From the IMG/VR virus record IMGVR_UViG_3300020204_004581: 64,000 nucleotides of DNA; one strand, given 5' to 3'. Source of the DNA: a virus. Both the position numbers and the translations under genes were made by a program. This document shows, in pieces, positions 37,842-47,909 of the stretch. Within the stretch, counting starts at the first letter, position 1. Each line of letters begins with the position of its first letter. Under the pieces are notes generated by a model. The model ran no database searches, was not told the DNA's origin, and worked only from the letters and a program-made list of their open reading frames with translations.

Positions 37842-39461
37842 TTATATTAATGTATTACCTTTAAAGTAAATATCGTTAGTTGCGCCATTAAATCTAAATG
37901 TTGCATTTGTATATGTTGTGTATACTCTATACACACCCACAGGGATTGTTGAACCTGTATTTGTTACAGTTAGATTATAGATGGCTGCGGTCATATTGGC
38001 TGTTGTTAGTGTGTTAGGATCTGACGCATTGTTGAATCCAATCTGCGAGATTCTTTGGCCGTTTGTTGATCCTGTTGGAATAATGAACGTATACCAAGCA
38101 TTTCCAGGTACTGTAGCCGCAGAGACTTGGATTGTTTTAAATAAGTAAGCATTGATAACGTTCCCATAATCGTCTGTTCCGCCTCCAGTTGGTTGAGAGT
38201 ATGCTGTTTGTATGCTAGGAAAACTTCCACCCCAACCTGAGAATGATATGTAGTTATTCATTTGTGTATTAAAGGTTGCTTGAACTGTAGAAAGAGCAAG
38301 ACCGTTCGCGAAACCACGGAATAAACCAGGTGATGATTGAGATAACATCCATGAATTTATTTCTACGTTACCACTTACTGGTTCAATGAATAGGTAGTTG
38401 GGTAAAGCAGCATTAGTTGGTGTTGGAGTATTAGTTGGTGTTGGAGATTCTGTATTGGTAGGTGTTTGTGTTGTTGTTGGAGTATTAGTTTGAGTTGGAG
38501 TATTAGTTGGTGTTTCGGTATTGGAAGGTGTTGGAGTATTAGTTGGTGTTTCGGTATTGGTAGGTGTTTGTGTTGTTGTTGGAGTATTAGTTAGAGTTGG
38601 GGTTGGAGTTGGTGTTTCGGTATTGCTAGGTGTTGGAGTATTAGTTGGTGTTTCGGTATTGGTAGGTGTTTGTGTTGGTGTTTCGGTATTGCTAGGTGTT
38701 GGAGTATTAGTTGGTGTTTCGGTATTGGTAGGTGTTTGTGTTGGTGTTTCTGTATTGCTAGGTGTTGGAGTATTAGTTGGTGTTTCAGATGGTGTCTGAG
38801 TTGGCGTTGTTGTGGTAGTTGGTGTCTGAGTCGGTGTTTCAGTTGGCGTAGCGGTTAAGGTTGTTGTTGGAGATGGAGTTTGTGTAGAGGTAGCTGCTGG
38901 AGTTCCTGTTGGGGTGTTACTCGGTGTTACCGATGGTGTTTCAGTGGGTGTCTGAGTCGTTGTTTGTGTTGGTGTATTTGTTGGCGTCTCACTCGGTGTT
39001 GCGGAAAGTGTGGTTGTTGGAGTAGGTGTTGTAGTCGGTGTTTGAGTAGTGGTAGCGCTTGGTGTATTTGTTGGTGTCTCACTTGGTGTTGTAGTCGGTG
39101 ATGGTGAGGGTGTCGGAGTTTCAGTCGTACTTGGTGTTGGTGTTGGGCTAGTACCAACTGTAGCAGTTGGAGATGGAGTTAAAGTGGGTGTCGGAGTTGG
39201 TGTAGGTGTGGGTGTTACACATTCGAAAGTAATAATAACACCGTTGAACATATCTGTTCTCGTCTGAGCTGAGTAAGCTAAAGTTGCTCCTGTGAGACCT
39301 ATGGGAAAAGAAGAATAATATACATCAAATGGACCTAAAGCATTAGAACTCGAAGCAAGTCGTACTATGTAACTTGTACAACCTGTTACCGTAACTTGTT
39401 GTTCTATGGAATTATCACAGTCTGGGGCATTATTGACAACGAATATCGAGTAAAGACTCAT
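37842..39461 (-). CDS. Pro/Thr-rich mucin-like virion protein
   Basis: About 270-aa [12 protein letters not shown] linker between N- and C-terminal domains; TATTTATA upstream. Confidence 0.78.
   Translation of the reverse strand: MSLYSIFVVNNAPDCDNSIEQQVTVTGCTSYIVRLASSSNALGPFDVYYSSFPIGLTGATLAYSAQTRTDMFNGVIITFECVTPTPTPTPTPTLTPSPTATVGTSPTPTPSTTETPTPSPSPTTTPSETPTNTPSATTTQTPTTTPTPTTTLSATPSETPTNTPTQTTTQTPTETPSVTPSNTPTGTPAATSTQTPSPTTTLTATPTETPTQTPTTTTTPTQTPSETPTNTPTPSNTETPTQTPTNTETPTNTPTPSNTETPTQTPTNTETPTNTPTPSNTETPTPTPTLTNTPTTTQTPTNTETPTNTPTPSNTETPTNTPTQTNTPTTTQTPTNTESPTPTNTPTPTNAALPNYLFIEPVSGNVEINSWMLSQSSPGLFRGFANGLALSTVQATFNTQMNNYISFSGWGGSFPSIQTAYSQPTGGGTDDYGNVINAYLFKTIQVSAATVPGNAWYTFIIPTGSTNGQRISQIGFNNASDPNTLTTANMTAAIYNLTVTNTGSTIPVGVYRVYTTYTNATFRFNGATNDIYFKGNTLI
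38400..38790 (-). repeat. coding tandem repeats (about 60-nt unit, [22 protein letters not shown])
   Basis: ggtgttggagtattagttggtgtttcggtatt recurs on the plus strand. Confidence 0.8.
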
Positions 39462-39474
39462 CCAAGATTTTTTT

Positions 39475-39482
39475 TATAAATA
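39475..39482 (-). promoter_or_regulatory. TATTTATA putative late-promoter motif
   Basis: Lies 14 nt upstream of ATG 39461. Confidence 0.6.
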
Positions 39483-39545
39483 CCCTTTTCCACTAATTTA
39501 TCATTGATATTATTACAATTATTTTTGTTAAGCCATCATCACCTT

Positions 39546-39920
39546 TCAACTTGACTCGGATAAACTCAGTGTGGATACACAGGAAGCTTCAACGGTCGAT
39601 AGTCCACCTACCTCACATGATGAAGTGCTTATTGTAATATCGGTGACACAAGAAACTGTATGTATGGTAATTAGAAACGAACATCCAAATCTGCACTCTA
39701 ACAATTGGATTCTCTCACAGCCGTTCGCATCAAGCATTTTGAGAAGTATAGCGGGGGCGGTCGCAAATACTGTTGAGAGTGTCACACCTGTCTCGGGAGG
39801 TATGGGATTACCTGAGGTAATTGTATAAATTAAAGTTTCATAATTACCATAAATGTCTGATACATACACATTTATTGGGTATGTACCTCCAGTAACCGAT
39901 GTGATTTCTACTCTTGTCAT
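39546..39920 (-). CDS. small beta-domain virion protein
   Basis: ATG 39920 has an ATGA overlap with the upstream stop; paralog of 17038..17262. Confidence 0.75.
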   Translation of the reverse strand: MTRVEITSVTGGTYPINVYVSDIYGNYETLIYTITSGNPIPPETGVTLSTVFATAPAILLKMLDANGCERIQLLECRFGCSFLITIHTVSCVTDITISTSSCEVGGLSTVEASCVSTLSLSESS

Positions 39921-42112
39921 GACAAACACCTAATATCGTATAATATAATTAGTTCAACTATAACTTCTTCGCAATTTAAAGAACCCTCGGATCTATCGGT
40001 TTCGATTGTAATTTCGCTTGTAAGTTCATTTACTGTCACTTGTCCGATTCCAGGAATTGTTTCAAGTAAAGATTGAACTGTATTATACCATAATGAATCA
40101 GGTGGAGCGTCCACCAAACTTGTAGACACATAAAAATCTTGATCTAATTCGATTCCTTCGGGTTCTAATTCTACTTTTGCAATAAATGTGGCTGACACAA
40201 GTTGGCAGTTTGTTCTTCCTGTGGTTAATTCGTCAAATCCAGTATTCATGATTTGACCCAAACCTTTTTTTGTTCCCGATACATATGAGAATGTTTGTTC
40301 TCCGACCAAGTAAGTTCTGTAAGACACGTAACTCTTGTTACAGTCTATAATTGCATTTCTTGTTTGACTACATCCCCCTGAATCTATGACTGTAACAGAA
40401 TAAGTTCCTGCTGTTAAACCTGTGGCGGTTATAGACTGAGGATTACCCGATACATTATCTGACCACTCGAATTCGAATGGAGGTACTCCCTCAGATATAA
40501 ACGTTGTAATTAAACCATCTGACCCTTGTCCACAAGATGTAGAATATAGGTTGTATATCAAGGGCACACTACCGTTAACAAAAACTTGTTGAACCTGTGT
40601 GCATCCATCTGTATCTGTAATAGTAATTTGGTGTTGTCCTGATGAGACATTGGTAAATGTTACCGCACTAGCAGTTGTATCAATTATATTTTGAACTCCA
40701 TCTAAAGAATAGTCAAATGGAGATGTTCCTCCTGAAGATTTTTCCACTAAAATAATTCCAGTATTTCCTCCACATGTAGTCCCTGTAGTGGTTGCGGTAA
40801 AAGTGAAGATATTGTCAGACAGTATTGTACTTTCCTCTAAAAAGTAACACCCACTTGAATCCTCGAGAATTATAGAGTATGTTCCTCCTGATAAATCGTT
40901 AAATGTTTGTGATGCGGCGTTAGTTGTTATCGTTTCAGTTGATGAGTCAGGGTAAATCAATGTATATGTAAACGGTGAGGTGCCCCCTATAGCCGTAATT
41001 AGTATTGATCCGTCAGCATTACTACATGAGCTTTGTTCAATAGTAAGAATTATATCCGATATACCATTCTCTGTTGCCAAATCGATACCCGTACTGAATT
41101 TACATAGTGCTGCGTCCGTAACTAAAAAGTTATAAGATCCAGCAGGCACTCCACTCAGGGTAAATGACTGTGAATAAGATACATCAATTTGTCCCGTTGA
41201 GGCTGAATAATAGTATGGTCCTGTTCCACCGGTTATTGTCATGGTTATTACACCATCTGTGTTCAAGCAAGTTGGGATATTGTCGACGACAAAACTTCCG
41301 AGACCTACGGGATCGACTTGTCCAATTGACTGTTCTTTGATTTTAGAACATCCTGATGAATCTGTTACTTTTACAGAGTAAGTTCCCGCAGTGAGACCTG
41401 ATATTGTGCTTCCTGTGGATCCATCGTTCCAAATATAGCTCCATGGTTGTACACCTGTTTGTCCTGTGATAATCAATTTTCCTGAAGGTTGTCCACATTG
41501 GGTGTCGGGTATAATATAAAAACCAAAATCAACCTCGACTGATGGATTTATAACAAAGGTTTGTGTCTTACCTGTACATCCACCATAATCCACAGCTGCA
41601 ATATAGTAAGTTCCGGCAGAGAGATATTGGAAAGTTATCACTTCTAAGTCTGTTGTTGCAGATTGCAATAATTCTCCTTCAAACGTGTATAAAAAGAAAG
41701 AAGTCTCAGAGTAATCAGATGAATCTTCAGCCGAAACTGTACCATTATTCAGACTACAGGTTGTTGCCGAGACATCGATTATTGTTGCGCAGTTACCCGA
41801 TGATACTGGTACGTTGACAGTGAACTCTAAGTTGACAGGAACGGTAGAATCATTTACTCTGAAGGGGTATGTTGCTGCGGATAGATTATTAACTTGTGAG
41901 AACGTAAGTTTTGGCGAAAGTGGGTCAATGTAGTCGTAGTCATACGCTAAATAATCTATTGCCATAATACCCTCTATACTACCAGCATTACTTGGGTAAT
42001 ACCAAGTAACCGTATACGGTGGTGTTCCACCCGAGAAACCGGCCTCTATGGAACCTGAAGAATTGTTTTGACAATCACCAGTGACAAATAGTATGTAATT
42101 AAAATCAGCCAC
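39917..42112 (-). CDS. SprB-repeat protein (virion adhesin-like)
   Basis: About 7 repeats of C...G.I....GGT.P(Y/F).Y.W....L.AGTY.V.V.D..GC. Confidence 0.8.
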   Translation of the reverse strand: MADFNYILFVTGDCQNNSSGSIEAGFSGGTPPYTVTWYYPSNAGSIEGIMAIDYLAYDYDYIDPLSPKLTFSQVNNLSAATYPFRVNDSTVPVNLEFTVNVPVSSGNCATIIDVSATTCSLNNGTVSAEDSSDYSETSFFLYTFEGELLQSATTDLEVITFQYLSAGTYYIAAVDYGGCTGKTQTFVINPSVEVDFGFYIIPDTQCGQPSGKLIITGQTGVQPWSYIWNDGSTGSTISGLTAGTYSVKVTDSSGCSKIKEQSIGQVDPVGLGSFVVDNIPTCLNTDGVITMTITGGTGPYYYSASTGQIDVSYSQSFTLSGVPAGSYNFLVTDAALCKFSTGIDLATENGISDIILTIEQSSCSNADGSILITAIGGTSPFTYTLIYPDSSTETITTNAASQTFNDLSGGTYSIILEDSSGCYFLEESTILSDNIFTFTATTTGTTCGGNTGIILVEKSSGGTSPFDYSLDGVQNIIDTTASAVTFTNVSSGQHQITITDTDGCTQVQQVFVNGSVPLIYNLYSTSCGQGSDGLITTFISEGVPPFEFEWSDNVSGNPQSITATGLTAGTYSVTVIDSGGCSQTRNAIIDCNKSYVSYRTYLVGEQTFSYVSGTKKGLGQIMNTGFDELTTGRTNCQLVSATFIAKVELEPEGIELDQDFYVSTSLVDAPPDSLWYNTVQSLLETIPGIGQVTVNELTSEITIETDRSEGSLNCEEVIVELIILYDIRCLS

Positions 42113-45104
42113 GTAAACAATTTATTGATATGTTTATTCCAACATTCAGTTGGAGTTTTGTCTGTAAGTTTTTTGGTATACAATCCATGTTTGTGACGTT
42201 CAGTGTGTTTCCATTCAAAAAGTAATTCAATCCGTACTGATATAAATTGTCCAAGTTATCCGCTAAACTATTTTTCCAAAGGCTGTTAGTCGGTACGTCA
42301 TTTAATCCCTCCCCCTGATAGAAAGTGGATTTAATTATTTGTTCATTACCTAACTTCAGGTCGACAAACCATGTTGTTGAAAGTGTATTAGTTATACAAT
42401 CATTAAGTGTTAGTCCTTCCTCAGTCAAATAATTCTGTAAGGCTTGTAGTAATACTCCTTGGAAATTAGATACAGTGGTATTTCCGTTCAACCAAGGAAA
42501 AACTTTGAATTCAACAAACTCAGTTGAACAGTCGTAGTTGAACATTGAACCTATAATATAACAGGCTTCAGCAGGTACGGGTATAAATTGACATCCTCTT
42601 TGTCTTCTGTAGACGAATTTCTGTTTTTGGAAAATAGAATTCTCGAATCTTGTACCTGAATTCCATATCGTTGTTGCTGGAATCATTTGTTCAACCAATT
42701 TTATCCAATATGGACCAAGACCATCAACATAATCTATTAATTTCTGATAAGTGTAGTTGTTGTTTGGTATACCAATTGTATTTTCTTGTTCAAGATACTT
42801 CCAAAATATTGATGATAGAGTTGGATACCCGCCAGTGTGACCATCAGTGATGTACATTCTATTTCTAACATTGATTGTATTTTGCCAGAAAGTTTGTGCG
42901 AACTCGAAGAAGGTTTTTTTCTTTGGTTGTGGGTTTATAAATGTCCAATCGACACCTCCTGGCGTAGGAAATGGAGTTGTCATTCCTGTCTCAGGTATTG
43001 GGTAATCATACAATCTTGATTGATTCCACACATCATATACTAACCCTTGTCCAGGATTTAGAAAAAGATCAACATTTTTTACGTTTAGCACCAATTTCTC
43101 TTTGTCGATGTAGTAAAATGCTTCATATCCACCTTCTGTTGATATTCTAAGGTCTTCATCATCTGTCAACCAAGATTTTTTGTTATCAATAGTTTTTCGA
43201 AGTTTGAACCCTTCAGTCATGTATGGAAAATCTCTGTATCTTTCCAAATAAATCTGTCCATAAGTAAATGGTTCAAGTTGGGTTTGAAATGTTGGATTCG
43301 TACCTGTGAATACATTTGTCTCTACAGGGATCTCAGGACTCCTATGTTGTGGTGTGGACTCATACCAACCAGCACCTACTTGGAAAAAATAGTCTTGTGT
43401 AGGAAGGGGCGCGTATGGAAAACCCTCTGTATCCATAGGAAAATCATCAAGTCCCAAATTCACTTGTTCAAAAATTGTTGTTGAGGTGAATGCACTGTAA
43501 GTTTCTCCTTGAAACTTGTAAGTCACCGTTGAGGATAATGTTGGCACATTATCTACATATGTACCTCCTGAAATCTTTGCATATTGAACTGCAAATTGAT
43601 CAAGATTTATTCTTTGGTCGGCAACATATATGTTTTCATTAAATTCTATCAAAGCGTCAGGTGCTCCCACTAATCTTAACAGAAACTCAACGGATCTTCT
43701 TGTACCTTTTGATTTGAAAAGATATCCGGAATTTAAAATTAGATTTCTATAAAATTGATAGTTCAATTCTGTTGGTGTAAGAGCTCTTGCGTAACCTGGA
43801 TAGACGGGCGCGTTGGTTTGTCCAAATACTGAGTCTAAAAAGTTTTCGTTGGTAATTGGTGATATATTAGGTTCCCACCCTAATGTCGCGGCCAAATTTT
43901 TTAGTAGTAGTGATGGTATGTCATTTTGGATCGTATAGTTAACCGAGGTCATGTTTGCCATGCCGTCAATAAACTTTTTAACTTCATCAAAACTTCTACC
44001 ATATATCTGAAGAATTTTTTCAACCTTTCTATCCTTGGTATCGAACTCTTTGAAAGAATCTTGTATCAAGAAACGGGAAATCAGATTTGTTTTATATGAA
44101 TCTAACTCCTCTGAAACGAAAAATAATTGTCTGAGATATTCATCAAATGAATTTGTTATAATGTCTAAATTCCATGTGCCTTGTAATGGCCAAGTGATTG
44201 ATGTAAAATTATTATAAAACTGACCGTTTTCATCCTCGCTCGGAACTTGAAAAACCGCTGTATATGGTGGTTGAATATATCTATTTAACAGGAATTTTTC
44301 TACCTCATCAAAAGATTCAGCAAACACCTCATCAACTACTAAGTCGTTTGGTCTTATATGGTAATTAGTTGTATAAGTTGTGGCTGTCGTCCCGAATGGT
44401 GATCCTGAAACATAAAATACCAAAGTACCTGATGCTAAACTTACTGATGGTTCAAACGATAATACCTTGAAAATATCATAAGGATTATCTGTGTTACCTG
44501 AGTTTGCAATTGCAATACAATAATCCAAGTAAGTACTATTCAAATTCCTAAGTGGAGAGGTAACTATCTCTCGAGCAACAATATTTGTTGCTGCAGAAAT
44601 AGAATAATCAATGGAAAATGGATTTGCTAGTCTATCAACATCAACTGAGAATATAGTCTCATCATTGACACCATCATATACAATATTATAGGCTGTCAAT
44701 CCAGTAATTGATTGTTCATTCATGAACCTGACGTCCAATGCGGCGGGAAATTTATTAATTATTTTTGTCACCGATACTTGAAGTCTCTTGGATAACGATC
44801 CATACATTGAGAAATTCGAAACCTCAGTTAAATCTAAGTTTGGATAAACTCTGAATTCTTTAGCAAATATCAATCTGCTTTCATCCAAACTCTCTATCTC
44901 CAAATCTTCTAAGCTAATGGGTGAGGAAAATGCTCCAATGTTAAATTCTCTCGTAACTTTTTCAACAACACTTGTTGTGAACTCGAAGTTACCTTGCGTA
45001 AGCCCGCCACCTTCAACAGTTTGTAAACCTACAATGTTGTCAAAGGGAGTTGCAGAACCACTACCTGGCCTTGGTGGATAAAAATATTTTTCTCGTTGTG
45101 GCAT
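42105..45104 (-). CDS. baseplate wedge protein (P2 gpI / T4 gp7-like)
   Basis: LLKNLAATLGW...YLFKSKGTRRSVEFLL motif; baseplate context. Confidence 0.7.
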   Translation of the reverse strand: MPQREKYFYPPRPGSGSATPFDNIVGLQTVEGGGLTQGNFEFTTSVVEKVTREFNIGAFSSPISLEDLEIESLDESRLIFAKEFRVYPNLDLTEVSNFSMYGSLSKRLQVSVTKIINKFPAALDVRFMNEQSITGLTAYNIVYDGVNDETIFSVDVDRLANPFSIDYSISAATNIVAREIVTSPLRNLNSTYLDYCIAIANSGNTDNPYDIFKVLSFEPSVSLASGTLVFYVSGSPFGTTATTYTTNYHIRPNDLVVDEVFAESFDEVEKFLLNRYIQPPYTAVFQVPSEDENGQFYNNFTSITWPLQGTWNLDIITNSFDEYLRQLFFVSEELDSYKTNLISRFLIQDSFKEFDTKDRKVEKILQIYGRSFDEVKKFIDGMANMTSVNYTIQNDIPSLLLKNLAATLGWEPNISPITNENFLDSVFGQTNAPVYPGYARALTPTELNYQFYRNLILNSGYLFKSKGTRRSVEFLLRLVGAPDALIEFNENIYVADQRINLDQFAVQYAKISGGTYVDNVPTLSSTVTYKFQGETYSAFTSTTIFEQVNLGLDDFPMDTEGFPYAPLPTQDYFFQVGAGWYESTPQHRSPEIPVETNVFTGTNPTFQTQLEPFTYGQIYLERYRDFPYMTEGFKLRKTIDNKKSWLTDDEDLRISTEGGYEAFYYIDKEKLVLNVKNVDLFLNPGQGLVYDVWNQSRLYDYPIPETGMTTPFPTPGGVDWTFINPQPKKKTFFEFAQTFWQNTINVRNRMYITDGHTGGYPTLSSIFWKYLEQENTIGIPNNNYTYQKLIDYVDGLGPYWIKLVEQMIPATTIWNSGTRFENSIFQKQKFVYRRQRGCQFIPVPAEACYIIGSMFNYDCSTEFVEFKVFPWLNGNTTVSNFQGVLLQALQNYLTEEGLTLNDCITNTLSTTWFVDLKLGNEQIIKSTFYQGEGLNDVPTNSLWKNSLADNLDNLYQYGLNYFLNGNTLNVTNMDCIPKNLQTKLQLNVGINISINCLRG

Positions 45105-46009
45105 TAACTAATAATCGTGTTGAAGTTTTTACTGAAATCTATATTATCACCCCTATTTTGTCTAACTTCATATAGAAGATCATTGAACTGGTCTCTGATT
45201 TCAAACAAGTTGTATTGTCTGTAGATATTATTGTTAAAGTCATAGATTGTGTAAATTCCATCATCCATAGATTTAGTCTGATTTCCGTAAAGCGCGATTG
45301 CTAGCGTTGACACGTCATATTCAACCATTTCAATATCAATTGTTACAGGATTGAAAAAGGTGTTTGTTAAAACGATGTCTTGATCGGGTTGTCCGATATA
45401 TGGTGTTGCGTTTGGTTTGTTTGTTGGTGATGATGAAGGTGATAGGGTTAGGAACATTAAGTTTGCCGTACTATCAGTGTATCTGTATCTTATTGATTTT
45501 TGTTGGGTATTTACCTGATTTGTGACGACTGGCTCACAAAAGAAATTAGATGTAACAACTCTAAAGAAATTAGGTATTTTTGTACCATCACTATTCAGAT
45601 ATTCTATTCTAAATCCAACAAGACCTTGAGGAACAAATTTATTTCTATATTCCTGAGGTATCAAATTAAGGTCTAATACAAGTCCTTTTACGTTTGGTAA
45701 TGCGCTTAGAACGCCACAATCCACAATTACAGTTCTTATTTGTGCAGGTCTAATCAAAAGTGTGTAAATCCCAAGAGCATTGAATTCTGTCGCTGGAAGG
45801 GTTAAGTTGTATAATCCACCCAAGATTTCTACAGGGGACCCTCCGATTTGTTGATTGCTGAAATAAGGACGTAATAGAGTTTTAGCATCGAGTTTTTTCA
45901 AAACGAAATTGTTTGTTACGTCTCTTGAGGGAGTATAATTCAAAATTATCTCCATGTCATCTGGTGAACAGTCAGCTGGTCTTATTGTCCCGTATGAAGC
46001 TATTGCCAT
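45104..46009 (-). CDS. virion structural protein
   Basis: 301-aa ORF in the baseplate cluster, with the TATTTATA motif at 46027-46034. Confidence 0.6.
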   Translation of the reverse strand: MAIASYGTIRPADCSPDDMEIILNYTPSRDVTNNFVLKKLDAKTLLRPYFSNQQIGGSPVEILGGLYNLTLPATEFNALGIYTLLIRPAQIRTVIVDCGVLSALPNVKGLVLDLNLIPQEYRNKFVPQGLVGFRIEYLNSDGTKIPNFFRVVTSNFFCEPVVTNQVNTQQKSIRYRYTDSTANLMFLTLSPSSSPTNKPNATPYIGQPDQDIVLTNTFFNPVTIDIEMVEYDVSTLAIALYGNQTKSMDDGIYTIYDFNNNIYRQYNLFEIRDQFNDLLYEVRQNRGDNIDFSKNFNTIIS

Positions 46010-46044
46010 TTCTTTGTTTTATTTTCTATAAATAGTTTATCTGT

Positions 46045-47121
46045 TTATTTGGTTTCAACGTTGAAAAACTTGTAACCATAATTGATTAAGTCTCCCAAGT
46101 TATCTACCTCTCCAAGTCTTTGTATTTGTTCGTAAGCGGAGTTCTTTCCCCTTTCTATGTAGATATTAGTAACAATCTCCGCATCTCCCACAGCCTTCTG
46201 TAATGCAGGATTCTTGAAAAAGAATTGTGCTGTTAGTTCATTTTCAGTGAATCCTGAACTTTGGACGAAGAATTTAGTTTCTCCATTGGCAAAGTCGTAG
46301 TAATCCACATTGTGTATTGTGTATGCTGTAAATAATGGGGACCTATTATTTATAACTCCGAATATACCTCCGTCTTTAATTACGGGTGCCCCAACGATAA
46401 ATTTCTGAGGACCATATTGAGCAAGCTCTTGTATTCTCGAATTTGTTACACCCGAGACCGTATATGGTACAGTTGTAAACGTTGAAGATACTTGATCCTG
46501 TATGTTGTTTTCAGCATCACCTGAAAAAATGAAATTGTAACTTACAGGTGTAAAGGTCCAACTTCCTGTGTTTGATACAAAAAATGCGGTTCCGTTTGGA
46601 TTGATAATTGTTGCTATTCTATATGGGGTAACTACTTCCTTTTTAACAATATTTGTACCCCAAGGATTATTTTGAGTCAAAGTAATTGTATAAGCACTCA
46701 CAACCGTGGGGTATTGATGAGATATTGATGCGGGGGTGAGTTGATTGAAACTATTTGGGGATGATCCATCTCCCCAATCAATTGTATAGGTTGATAACTC
46801 AATAAACTTTTTGAACTCGTCTGATGTGTTGTAAACATTATAAATGTATGGGTTAGATGTCGTGGATGAAAAGATGAAATTTGTTACAACATCTTTTTGG
46901 TGCACAGCACCATCAAAAGGTGAGTAGTATCCACAATCTACAACATTTTCAGTTATAAGTATGGGTATTGTTAATCCAGTCAAAAGTGAAGATCCACCTG
47001 GTCCCGAACTAAGAACCTGTGTCATTGCTGAATAAACTCCCACAGGGCTGCCTGATACGTTGACCGTGAACAGATCTCCACTGATAACTTCGGGTGATAT
47101 AATGTAATTGTAATCGGGCAT
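46045..47121 (-). CDS. virion structural protein with a PKD-like domain
   Basis: YTIDWGDGS...SHQY...YTITLT. Confidence 0.6.
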   Translation of the reverse strand: MPDYNYIISPEVISGDLFTVNVSGSPVGVYSAMTQVLSSGPGGSSLLTGLTIPILITENVVDCGYYSPFDGAVHQKDVVTNFIFSSTTSNPYIYNVYNTSDEFKKFIELSTYTIDWGDGSSPNSFNQLTPASISHQYPTVVSAYTITLTQNNPWGTNIVKKEVVTPYRIATIINPNGTAFFVSNTGSWTFTPVSYNFIFSGDAENNIQDQVSSTFTTVPYTVSGVTNSRIQELAQYGPQKFIVGAPVIKDGGIFGVINNRSPLFTAYTIHNVDYYDFANGETKFFVQSSGFTENELTAQFFFKNPALQKAVGDAEIVTNIYIERGKNSAYEQIQRLGEVDNLGDLINYGYKFFNVETK

Positions 47122-47909
47122 TATGGATTTATGTATTCATACCATTTTATGGGTGTTAGGCCCCCAACCCTTTGAGGTTCTATGTTGAACGTATCAAATA
47201 CTTGATAAGTTCTGTTAGCGTAATCTAAATCTACTCTGTAGTAGAAATACTCACTCTGTGAGAAATTAAATTTGTTACCTAAAATTGATGACTGTGGTCT
47301 ATTCATCATTCTTACAAATTGACCGGTCTTTCCATCAAAAAACTTGGCAGACATAAAAAATCTTGATATATCTAAGAAAGTTCTTTTCTTCAACCAATAA
47401 ATAAAGAACCCTTCTTTATCACCAACATAGTTTAATATGTATTTAGGTTTTCTGATTAAAACATCCGTTGTCTGCATCAGAGTATTCATTCTTTCACCTT
47501 GTTGTGTGGGTATAATAATTGTGATGTAGTTAGTTTGTTGAGTATCAATCGGACTATCATAAAGGTCTAACTTGAAAAATGAGTTTTTAAATGAGTTAGC
47601 ATAGTAATATATTTCTTGTGTTGTAAAACCCTCGGCTCTGTAATCAATCTTCCAATTGTTTACGTTGGACAAACCAGCACCCTCGTAGAAATAGAATTCA
47701 TAGTTTATTTCTGTGGATGTTTGATAATCAGCGTGAGCAAATCTGTTGACTTCAAAATCCTTGTCAGATCTGAGTAATTCTTCGATAACATTATCTTGGA
47801 AGGCAACAATATCTGCCTCAGTATCAAGATACTCCCAATCCAAATTTACGGGAATGTTGATACTATTGTTGGTAATACCCGATAACAATATTTGTTTACT
47901 CACACTCAT
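47121..47909 (-). CDS. virion structural protein (putative)
   Basis: Coupled ORF in the baseplate cluster. Confidence 0.6.
   Translation of the reverse strand: MSVSKQILLSGITNNSINIPVNLDWEYLDTEADIVAFQDNVIEELLRSDKDFEVNRFAHADYQTSTEINYEFYFYEGAGLSNVNNWKIDYRAEGFTTQEIYYYANSFKNSFFKLDLYDSPIDTQQTNYITIIIPTQQGERMNTLMQTTDVLIRKPKYILNYVGDKEGFFIYWLKKRTFLDISRFFMSAKFFDGKTGQFVRMMNRPQSSILGNKFNFSQSEYFYYRVDLDYANRTYQVFDTFNIEPQRVGGLTPIKWYEYINP

Noticed and set aside
38521-39267. Plus-strand GV-rich ORFs (also 15550..15783)
   Set aside because: Antisense shadows of the Thr-Pro repeats.
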